A stretch of 35,231 bases of DNA from contig JBEQLE010000044.1 in the NCBI GenBank assembly GCA_040326155.1, positions 1-35,231 on the forward strand, in the 5' to 3' direction. A program made the position numbers and the translations under genes. The notes below the pieces were generated by a model, which ran no database searches, was not told where the DNA came from, and worked only from the letters and a program-made list of their open reading frames with translations. The DNA is from Leptospirales bacterium. GTDB taxonomy: Bacteria > Spirochaetota > Leptospiria > Turneriellales > JAOUFE01. Shown one piece after another: positions 27,801-35,231 of the stretch. Within the stretch, counting starts at the first letter, position 1. Every line of letters starts with the position of its first letter.

Positions 27801-30800
27801 AGGTGGCGATAAAATGGCCAATCTTGCATTGAAAACGCTCAATGTTATTCCGACGGGAACTTATGATTGTAAGGTTTTATTTGCTGCTGGTAACATGATT
27901 CGTCATTGGAAACACCCTTTAATCGAAGGGCAGCAGATTCTCGAACGTGGATATAAAAAAGGTCTGGAATCTGGCGATTTGCTATATGCTTCCTATTGTT
28001 TAAACTGGTATAATGCTTATAATTACTTGAATCGAATTTATATTCCCGATACGCTAGAAGAGATGAAAAAGCACACGGGAACTCATGAAAAGATAAAGCA
28101 ACAAGACACGCTTGATTTTTTTAACCTCTGGAGGCAATTCGTCACTATTCTTTCTGAGAATCAAAAATTATCGACAAAGATTAAGGGAGAGTATTTTGAC
28201 GAAGATACCGATGCAGAAATTTGGATTAAAACAAATAATGATACTGATCTTTTTATATTTTATACGATGAAAGGGGTTTTACACTTTCTGGAAAAGCAAC
28301 CCCAAAAAGCTATCGATCAATTTGAAAAGGCTCTGCCACGTTCTAGCGGCGCTTTTGGCATGACGATCACTGCTGAGCATAACTTTTTCTATTCATTAGC
28401 GCTTATTGCCCTGGCAAGAGACCCTTTGAGTAATCAGAGAAAAAAGTGTATTAAGAAAGCTACCACGAACCAGAAGCAAATGAAGATCTGGGCAGCGAAT
28501 TCTCCGGTAAATTATAGCCATAAATATAAAATCGTAGAAGCTGAATTGACAGGCTTTTATGGTAATATTAGAGCAATTGTTTTATATGAAAAAGCTATCG
28601 CTCTGGCATTAGAACATAAATTCATATTTGAACAAGCTCTGGCAAACGAATTACTATCCGGATTCTATCTGTCCGGTAATAAAACGTTTATTGGGAATGC
28701 ATATTTACGTGAGAGTTATTATCTTTATTACAAATGGGGCGCATATGCAAAGGTGAATGAGCTCGAAGAAGAATTTCCAGAGTTGCTGACTCGTAAATCT
28801 ATCACGGGTAGTACCGAAATTATTGCCAGTCCCGATATTACTACCAAAAGTAATTCACAGATGATTGACTTAAAATCTGTTTTGAAAGTTTCCCAGAACC
28901 TTTCCAGCGAAATGGACTTGAGCCGCCTGAGCGAGAGGTTGATTTCGATAACAATTGAAAGTGCCGGGGCAGAAAGAGGGTATCTAATACTAAACAGAGA
29001 CGAAGAGTTGATGATCGAAGCTGAAGGGGACCATGGTAAAGTAAAAGTTATTGAATCTTTGCCTGTTGAAAAGTGTAAAAAGCTTTCTCTGGGTGTTGTT
29101 AACTATGTGAATCAGACGAAAGAAAGTGTCGTGATTAATGATACTGCGGTTGAAAATCAGTTTCAGTCCGACCCTTATATTATAAAAGCCAAACCAAAAT
29201 CGATTTTATGTCTGCCTGTTGTTAAAGTGAACAAACTGCTCGGTATTTTATATCTTGAGAATAATTTATTGGCCAATGTTTTTACGAAAGAAAGACTCGA
29301 TATTCTAAATTTATTAACCACGCAGGCAATTATTTCGCTGGAAAATGCGATGTATGTTAATAAAATAAAAACAATTAATACTGCGTTGGAAGACGAAATT
29401 GTACAGCATAAACATACAGAGGCAGATTTAGTTCAGACCAAAGAGCGTTATGCTTTAGCGGCGCGCGGAGCTAATGATGGGTTGTGGGATTGGGATATTA
29501 TAAACGATAAAATATATTACTCGCCGCGTTGGAAATTAATGCTCGGCTATAAAGAAAATGAGATTAAAGATTTTCCAAACGAGTGGTTTAGTCGGGTCCA
29601 TGAAGATGATATTGGAATGTTGCGATCATCCATCGACTCACATCTGGAAGGTATATTACCGCATCTGGAATGTGAATACCGGATGAAACATAAAGATGGA
29701 CGATACTTATGGATGGTTACTCGCGGACTGGCTGTGAGAGATTCTCATGATGTACCTTACAGAATGGCGGGTTCTCAGACAGAAATTACGAAGCGGAAGC
29801 TGGCAGAAGACCAACTCAGGCATGATGCAATGCATGACATGCTGACGGGACTGCCAAACTGGAACTTGTTACTCGACAGGATGAACCATGCAATAAAGAG
29901 AAAACAAAAAGAGCCAGATTTCCTGTTTGCCACTCTTTTTATCGACGTAGATCGTTTTAAAGTTATTAACGACAGCCTTGGTCATGAGATTGGGAATCAC
30001 TTGTTAATTGAATTGTCGGTGAAACTGGAAGCATGTATAGATTCGGAAGATACTGTTGCCAGACTCGGCGGTGATGAGTTTGGTATACTTCTGGAAAGTA
30101 TTAATGATGTAAATGAAGCCGTACAAATTATTGAAAAAATTCGAGAAGTTTTGAAAGATCCATTTGAAATTAAAGAGCATGAATTGTTTATTACCATCAG
30201 TATTGGAATGGTGGTGGGCGTGGCCGATTACAATAAATCAGAAGATATTATACGAGATGCGGACACCGCGATGCACCGTGCCAAATCTCAGGGTCGTAAC
30301 CGTTATGAATTGTTCGACCAGACTATGCATGCCAATATAATAAGATACATGAACACGGAGAGCGAACTGCGTAAAGCGCTCGAAAGAGATGAGTTTATGG
30401 TCTATTACCAACCGATTGTTTCACTTGAAAATGGGAAAATACTCGGAGTGGAAGCCTTGTTGCGTTGGAATCATCCCGGCAGAGAAATTTCATCGCCACT
30501 GGAGTTTATACCCGTTGCCGAAGATAGCGGTTTAATTATACCGATTGGAGAGTGGGTTTTATTTGAAGCTTGTCGTCAGGTCAAAAAGTGGGAAACCATG
30601 GGTCTTCCACCCATTGAAGTTGCGGTAAATCTCTCAGGAAGGCAGTTTGGTCAAAAGAACCTATTAGGAATGGTCGACAAAGCGCTGGAAGAGACTGGAC
30701 TGAACCCTCACATGTTGCAATTTGAATTGACCGAAAGTGTGTTAATGGACGATACCTCGCATACGATAGAAATTCTGGAGCAGTTGAAATCGAGAGGAAT

Positions 30801-31128
30801 AATAACTGCAATTGATGACTTTGGAACCGGATACTCTTCCTTGAATTACTTGAAACAATTTCCAGTTCAAAAGTTGAAAATCGACAGGTCCTTTGTACAA
30901 AATATGGTGACAAACCCCAATGACGCTGCCTTAATAAAAGCGATTATTGCAATGGGAGAAACAATGAAAATGAGGGTCATAGCCGAGGGAGTTGAAAAAC
31001 TCGAACAATTATTATTTCTAAAAAGTATAGATTGCCACGAAGTACAAGGTTATTATTTCAGTAAACCTCTTTCGGCAGATAATTTCACGAAACTTTATGA
31101 AAAGAAGCAATTTTTCCCGCTGGATTGA
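24832..31128 (+). CDS. Ser/Thr kinase - AAA ATPase - TPR-like - GAF - PAS - GGDEF - EAL multidomain protein
   Basis: HKDLKPDN, IIDFS, GTLAYVSPEQTG; Walker A GEPGVGKS, Walker B IFIDDLQWAD; GAF (SILCLPV, LYLENN); PAS (GLWDWD); RLGGDEF; EALLRW; DDFGTGYSS. Confidence 0.95.
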   Translation: MLEISGYTLIEKLHKSQQTLVYRAIRQKDKVSVILKILASKYPTARDIARLHREYDIMQTLHIDEVAHAYGVERVNNTSMIVLEDVGGQTLKNIISSRKMDIKLFLEVAIQMTEIIGKIHKNSIIHKDLKPDNIIFNQKDNTIKIIDFSISSSFPKESKQKRSFNQIEGTLAYVSPEQTGWMNRLVDYRTDFYTLGITFYQMLTGAPPFKSSDPLELIHAHLAKQPEDLVTINPDVPQIVSDFVIKLLSKNAEDRYKTTGGMKFDLENCLKQLNKTGSIEKFVLGKKDISDRFQIPQKLYGREIDLKKIQDAYTRASKRTAEMVLISGEPGVGKSVLVQEMYKPVVQRNGFFISGKFEQYKKDIPYNAFIAAFEDLVNQVLTRNSDQIDIWKASILEILGNNAQVITNMVPKLELITGKQTDLIELTSVELQNRFHLIVQNFVSVFATQENPLVIFIDDLQWADSSSLKIIEILMTNPEFRHLLFIGAYREKEVSNNLILANTLKKIKEFRHNYSLYTGRKLPVENIRVEAIGVDAISELILDTLSCTKKEAGKLAELVLLQTAGNPFFVNHFLVAIHNDGLIWYEQTNNRWTWEIDKIKKKGFTDNVIQLMALSIEKASVETAEILQLASCIGIHFDLESLAILQKKDKAIVKAELAEAINEEFILLVEDDEVDTGNLYFQFQHDQILFTAYSMIENKRKREIHLKIGQLLIHNLAQKEDSMFSVTGLASIGDHASNENDFNKLAHWIETDIFAIVNHINIAFSEIVEKDENLGVIVLNLLAAKKARKSVAFESALDYFSIALKLLSKNFWKSHYFLSIQLYTEAAECEYVNANFARAEELCQVIIKQAHSVIDKVKVFEINIASLTPQNKFKEAIESGQNALIQLGIKIPKKPNQFSPLPDIVSAYLKMSRKMDRLIELPRMEDPEKLAAMNIMGELVAPSFISVPELFPVLSLKMVHLTLKYGLTNQSAFAFVSFGVILSSGLGNYEGGDKMANLALKTLNVIPTGTYDCKVLFAAGNMIRHWKHPLIEGQQILERGYKKGLESGDLLYASYCLNWYNAYNYLNRIYIPDTLEEMKKHTGTHEKIKQQDTLDFFNLWRQFVTILSENQKLSTKIKGEYFDEDTDAEIWIKTNNDTDLFIFYTMKGVLHFLEKQPQKAIDQFEKALPRSSGAFGMTITAEHNFFYSLALIALARDPLSNQRKKCIKKATTNQKQMKIWAANSPVNYSHKYKIVEAELTGFYGNIRAIVLYEKAIALALEHKFIFEQALANELLSGFYLSGNKTFIGNAYLRESYYLYYKWGAYAKVNELEEEFPELLTRKSITGSTEIIASPDITTKSNSQMIDLKSVLKVSQNLSSEMDLSRLSERLISITIESAGAERGYLILNRDEELMIEAEGDHGKVKVIESLPVEKCKKLSLGVVNYVNQTKESVVINDTAVENQFQSDPYIIKAKPKSILCLPVVKVNKLLGILYLENNLLANVFTKERLDILNLLTTQAIISLENAMYVNKIKTINTALEDEIVQHKHTEADLVQTKERYALAARGANDGLWDWDIINDKIYYSPRWKLMLGYKENEIKDFPNEWFSRVHEDDIGMLRSSIDSHLEGILPHLECEYRMKHKDGRYLWMVTRGLAVRDSHDVPYRMAGSQTEITKRKLAEDQLRHDAMHDMLTGLPNWNLLLDRMNHAIKRKQKEPDFLFATLFIDVDRFKVINDSLGHEIGNHLLIELSVKLEACIDSEDTVARLGGDEFGILLESINDVNEAVQIIEKIREVLKDPFEIKEHELFITISIGMVVGVADYNKSEDIIRDADTAMHRAKSQGRNRYELFDQTMHANIIRYMNTESELRKALERDEFMVYYQPIVSLENGKILGVEALLRWNHPGREISSPLEFIPVAEDSGLIIPIGEWVLFEACRQVKKWETMGLPPIEVAVNLSGRQFGQKNLLGMVDKALEETGLNPHMLQFELTESVLMDDTSHTIEILEQLKSRGIITAIDDFGTGYSSLNYLKQFPVQKLKIDRSFVQNMVTNPNDAALIKAIIAMGETMKMRVIAEGVEKLEQLLFLKSIDCHEVQGYYFSKPLSADNFTKLYEKKQFFPLD

Positions 31129-31138
31129 CGGAAGAAAA

Positions 31139-31492
31139 TCATTTATTTTTGTTTTCAAATATCTTTTCTACCCTTTCCAGAATAAAATTTGGCGCAAAAG
31201 GTTTTGTAATCCATCCAGACAAGCCTATGTCTTTGCCAATCGCTTTTTTTTCTTCGTCCCCTTCGACGGTGAGCATAACAAAAGGAATTTCTTTATTTGG
31301 CATTTTTTCAAAAACTTCAAGGCCGTTTACTTTCGGCATATTCAAGTCGCATAAAATAAGATCTACCGAACCAGCGTGCTCCAACGCTTCTTCGCCATTA
31401 ACGGCTTCTATTATTTCATAGTTGCCGGATAAAACAGTCGAAAGGATTTTTCGTGTAACAGGATCATCTTCAGCAATAAGAATTCGTTTCAT
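31139..31492 (-). CDS. CheY-like single-domain response regulator
   Basis: IAEDD, LILCDLNMPKVNG, MLT, WITKPF. Confidence 0.93.
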   Translation of the reverse strand: MKRILIAEDDPVTRKILSTVLSGNYEIIEAVNGEEALEHAGSVDLILCDLNMPKVNGLEVFEKMPNKEIPFVMLTVEGDEEKKAIGKDIGLSGWITKPFAPNFILERVEKIFENKNK

Positions 31493-31500
31493 ATATTATC

Positions 31501-32607
31501 CTATAAATATTCGATATCGCCAATACCGGCTATGTTGGTATTGATAACTTTATTTGATTCGGCAAGGTCTTGCTCTATTAATTCGGTGTCAATCTCAATT
31601 GGGTGATAGCTGTTGAGAAATTCTACTTTTCCTCGAACTTTACTTTTAAATTTTTGCACTTTCAAATATTTTTTTGCGGTATCATACGTGGTCTCATCAA
31701 TTAAAGCATCAACGGCGGCTTTTTTAGTTAAATTTTCAAGACGACTTGCAGTATTTACACAGTCTCCTAAAACCGTACACGTCATTTTGTGTGAATTACC
31801 GATATTACCGGAAAACATTGCCCCTGTTGTTACCCCAACTCCATAACGGATAGGGCGACTAAATTTGTGGGTCTCAAATAAATTTCTGATATCGTGAATA
31901 CATTGCACCGCTCGTATGGCGTCAAAGTCGTAAACAACGGGGTATCCGAATGTTGCCAGAATACCATCACCGAGTATATTGTTTACACTTCCCAGATTTT
32001 TATATATAATATCAATAACATGGTTCATGATGTCATTTAACAGGTCTGCGAGTTCAAGCGGAGATATTGTTTCGGCCAGCGCAGTTGAGTCGCGAATATC
32101 GAAAAAGAGAACGGTAGCATATGTTTTAATGGCATTGCTTTGCTCATTTTTCATTACATGTTCGGCAATCTCTTCAGAAACAAACTGTTTTAATATGCCT
32201 TTTTCCTCTTCAAGTTGTTCCTGATAAGAGTGCATTTTCACCAGATTCGAGACTTTTATCCAGAACTCTATGGGGCGAATTGGTTTATAAATAATATCGT
32301 CGGCTCCGTTTTCCAGAGCAAAAATTCCTGTCTCTTCGTTCAAATCGCTTGTCAAGGCGAGCAACACTCCCGAACTTAGAGATTTAATTTTGTTTAGTAC
32401 ATAATTAGGTGAAACCTTAACTTCATCCAGGTCTATCATAATTAAATCGTATTGAGATTTATCTAAAACTTTAAATGCTGTGTCGGTATCGTTTGCGATA
32501 TCAAACCGGATATCCATTCCACGATTAACACGAAGATACGTTTCGAATTCCTTAATAATCCCTTTTTCAGTCATATTAGAGGAAATAAATAAAGCAGATT
32601 TACTCAT
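31501..32607 (-). CDS. Response regulator with class III nucleotidyl cyclase output (second in window)
   Basis: Atypical REC (DLIMID, LTS, KP); VLFFDIRDST, ILGDGILATFG, GVGVTTG, VLGDCVNTASRLE. Confidence 0.9.
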   Translation of the reverse strand: MSKSALFISSNMTEKGIIKEFETYLRVNRGMDIRFDIANDTDTAFKVLDKSQYDLIMIDLDEVKVSPNYVLNKIKSLSSGVLLALTSDLNEETGIFALENGADDIIYKPIRPIEFWIKVSNLVKMHSYQEQLEEEKGILKQFVSEEIAEHVMKNEQSNAIKTYATVLFFDIRDSTALAETISPLELADLLNDIMNHVIDIIYKNLGSVNNILGDGILATFGYPVVYDFDAIRAVQCIHDIRNLFETHKFSRPIRYGVGVTTGAMFSGNIGNSHKMTCTVLGDCVNTASRLENLTKKAAVDALIDETTYDTAKKYLKVQKFKSKVRGKVEFLNSYHPIEIDTELIEQDLAESNKVINTNIAGIGDIEYL

Positions 32608-32762
32608 AGTTATTTATTTTATTTAAATTTAAACCTTATTGTGTTTGTAACCATACGTACTATATCATCGGAATCTTTTCGTCTGAACCCCAGCCTGTAA
32701 GCAGAAATTTTTTCCATATGGAGAGTAATAGATACCCGATCGGGTGGTAAAGGATGTGCGAC

Positions 32763-33356
32763 CTAAAGGTCAATAGAATTTACCATCACTTTTCCATCTT
32801 TCTGATCGAGAATGCGAATCATTTTATTACCTACATCAATGTGCCAATTCGTTCGATTGGAAAAAATCATAATCTTTCGCAGGTTTTTTCCAGATTTTTC
32901 GGCCATCCAGAGGCTATAACTCGGGTTTTTTTTCTCCTTCGGATCAGATATAGTAATAACGAGCAGGCGATTTAACGGAGCGCGTTCGGTAATATTAATA
33001 TTGTTTTTTTCGGGGAAAGTATGGTTGTGGTTATAGTTTTCCATTTTGTTTTTATCTTTATGGAAAGCCACTTCGAAGTAGATATCGGTTATATGAATAG
33101 TTCCGCCGGGACCAAAAAGATAAGACCCTCGGTTGGTTTTGGGATCAAATATAAAAAGGTTATCCATGGGATAGTTTTTTGCTTTTTCCAGTGAATAAGC
33201 AAACTCGTCATCAGAAAATACTGATCGATAATATAATCCCGTAGCCGGATCGTAAGTGTCGATATTGAAATTCCGAGAATTTTCACTAAGCGGCGCTATC
33301 GATGTTGTTATCAGCGCAAGCAGCATTATGGTAAAATATTTATTAAGATGTTTCAT
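32763..33356 (-). CDS. Hypothetical exported protein
   Basis: GAGG RBS before ATG 33356; signal-peptide-like N-terminus; beta-rich body; no family recognised. Confidence 0.65.
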   Translation of the reverse strand: MKHLNKYFTIMLLALITTSIAPLSENSRNFNIDTYDPATGLYYRSVFSDDEFAYSLEKAKNYPMDNLFIFDPKTNRGSYLFGPGGTIHITDIYFEVAFHKDKNKMENYNHNHTFPEKNNINITERAPLNRLLVITISDPKEKKNPSYSLWMAEKSGKNLRKIMIFSNRTNWHIDVGNKMIRILDQKDGKVMVNSIDL

Positions 33357-33474
33357 GTAAACCTCGTAGATTTCGGATATACTATAAAAGTTAACCACTA
33401 AGACCAGTGGTTTTTTAGTTATGAGGATCGTAAATTATTTACTAATCGGTGGGTACACAATCGAGTAGGCGAAT

Positions 33475-34608
33475 TCAGGGTTTTCTATTATACCCCAGAA
33501 GTTTTATATATTTGTGAAATTTTTTTTCGAGTTGAAGGTATTTCTCTTCCGGAAACTTGTGTGTAGTCGGCTTAAAACTGTTTTCCTTGTCTACAAGCTC
33601 TACAATTGATTTTTCAGCTAAGTTAAAACCGGGAATGTTGAGCTTTTTATATATATGTTTTACTGTTTCATATTTTTTGTTAATAAAGTCTTCATAACGA
33701 ATTTCAATTAAATTTTTCTTGGGGATGTTTTTGCTTCCACGCTGGTAATGGTCCATTGTTAATTCGTAAAAATCAAAGATCGCATCTTCTGTATCTTGTT
33801 TTCCAAATCGTTGTACACTTACGTGTTGTTCCGCTTTCTCAAACACTCTACATGATGAAGAGTACACATATATCGGATTTCGATAGATATAAATGAATTT
33901 CGCATTGGGGAACATTTCTAATAAAGTGTTTATACGGGCCGTACTAGATGGGTTTTTCAGTAATAATTGCTTTTTCCTTCTTTTGTATAGAATTTTTTTT
34001 AACAGGTAAGTATATCTTTTCATCCATTTATCTTTGCTCCCTGGCTCATTGAATTCGATGTGACGTCTATACAATCGGGAACTGGATACAGGAAAAATGA
34101 ACGACCAGGCCACTGAATATTTGGAACCATGGCTGGCAAGGTATGTATCTTCTTCTTCAGGCATGTCCAAATCGAAAGCTTTATTTGTAACAATTTTTTC
34201 TTTAATGTTGAACTTATTGAAAAATCTTTGCAGTAGTGGCTTTACCATTTTTGTAAACGTTCTACTTGCATACGGGAAAATTAAATCAAATACTTTTATA
34301 TATGCAAATTGTGGGTCTGCCGCCAATAATCTAAACAACAATGTTGTACCACTCCGAGGAAAACCAAGTATAAAAACAGGATCTTTTTCTATTTCTATTT
34401 TTCGGATTTTTCTTCCGAAGAAAATTTGTTCTTTTACGTAAGAAATGGATGACCAGAGAAGTTTCAACGTGAGGATCATCAACTTTATAGGTTTTATTCT
34501 TAATATGTTATTGATTGTGTTTGGTTTGGGTTTCAACTTTTCCGCCAGATTAACTAATATACGCCGTAAACGATGAGGAAACAAAATAAAACCCGTTTTG
34601 TCAAGCAC
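33475..34608 (-). CDS. PAPS-dependent sulfotransferase
   Basis: 5'-PSB PVFILGFPRSGTTLL, PEEED, LLKNP, 3'-PB FIYIYRNP..VYSS, IRYEDF. Start uncertain. Confidence 0.9.
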   Translation of the reverse strand: MLDKTGFILFPHRLRRILVNLAEKLKPKPNTINNILRIKPIKLMILTLKLLWSSISYVKEQIFFGRKIRKIEIEKDPVFILGFPRSGTTLLFRLLAADPQFAYIKVFDLIFPYASRTFTKMVKPLLQRFFNKFNIKEKIVTNKAFDLDMPEEEDTYLASHGSKYSVAWSFIFPVSSSRLYRRHIEFNEPGSKDKWMKRYTYLLKKILYKRRKKQLLLKNPSSTARINTLLEMFPNAKFIYIYRNPIYVYSSSCRVFEKAEQHVSVQRFGKQDTEDAIFDFYELTMDHYQRGSKNIPKKNLIEIRYEDFINKKYETVKHIYKKLNIPGFNLAEKSIVELVDKENSFKPTTHKFPEEKYLQLEKKFHKYIKLLGYNRKP

Positions 34609-34689
34609 TAAACCGGTAGAGATTTTGTCGTTAAAGTAATTGTGTTCTAAATAGAATTTACCCTGGCCATCCTGAAGAACAGGGAATAA

Positions 34690-35036
34690 CTACTTAATGT
34701 ATTTCTTTTTTTTATAGGAAAATACTTCACGAACAGCCTGTGTTTGTCCTCCGGTTTTTCCTGGCGAATTTCTTCCGAAAATTTATCAGTTACATAAAGT
34801 GTCGCCTCTATGAAGATCTTTATGGCTTTGATTGTTGTAAGTTTATGGGAAGGCGGGATTTTATCATCAAAATTATAATTGCGAAATTCAGCTCCGGTAC
34901 CTTCCACCAATGTTCTATATTCTTCATGGGAATAAAAAATTATTTCTTCACCTCGTTTTACCAGTTCTTTTATCATAGGTAAAACCGGGTTGGTGTGACC
35001 GTGAAAATGAATACTCAGATATATTGCTTTAGACAT
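34690..35036 (-). pseudogene. MGT/GT1-family glycosyltransferase with a large internal deletion
   Basis: N-terminus HGHTNPVLPMIKELVKRGEEIIFY...GAEFRNY...IRQEKP is joined at CCGGA (34754-34750) to an out-of-frame typical C-terminus GGQTQAVREVFSYKKKKYIK* (34752-34690). Confidence 0.8.
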
Positions 35037-35145
35037 AAAATTCCCTGTATGATCTTTCCCTGTGAAAAAAGCAATTATATTTCATGGATTCCGCACTTTG
35101 TCAATATGAAATGTACTTCTTTAGATTCAAATAATAGGCTCTAGT

Positions 35146-35203
35146 GCTGTGACTGGATAGATGTTACATTAGCTTATTTTAATATAATCTATCTAGTCAC
35201 AGC
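35146..35203. repeat. Long inverted repeat (MITE-like remnant or hairpin)
   Basis: gctgtgactggatagat (35146-62) and atctatctagtcacagc (35187-203) are 16/17 complementary, with a partly paired AT-rich centre. Confidence 0.65.
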
Positions 35204-35231
35204 TTAAGTCTACGACCAACCGGTCATAGAC

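Noticed and set aside
24832..31128. Avs/STAND anti-phage defence protein
   Set aside because: Motifs fit the kinase-AAA-GAF signalling family with a c-di-GMP output; no toxic effector domain is visible.

Overview
AT-rich bacterial chromosomal window, most likely from a Leptospirales-like spirochete (inferred from the LeuB sequence, the bactofilin/cyclase-tail gene pair and the paralogous RHH-type proteins). Positions 1-9.2 kb are mostly housekeeping (SpoIID/LytB lipoprotein, murJ, lptC, FAD oxidoreductase, leuB), interrupted by two paralogous tandem ribbon-helix-helix genes and a ~109-bp two-hairpin dispersed repeat (four long copies plus one partial). Positions 9.4-18.3 kb form a signalling island: hybrid histidine kinase, REC-HD-GYP, REC-class III cyclase, tandem cNMP-binding protein, stand-alone REC, several gene relics and an orphan structured RNA-like element. 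Then come LytTR, DUF2141, a frameshifted phytoene-desaturase-like gene and a bactofilin. The most notable locus is an AfsA-like hotdog protein with a degenerate PilZ-like tail, a HAD phosphatase and a 2098-aa Ser/Thr kinase-AAA-GAF-PAS-GGDEF-EAL protein, a candidate butenolide/butyrolactone signalling system tied to c-di-GMP. The window ends with a second REC-cyclase, a sulfotransferase and an internally deleted glycosyltransferase. No rRNA, tRNA, CRISPR array or intact transposase was seen. All family calls come from motif recognition by eye; no searches were run.
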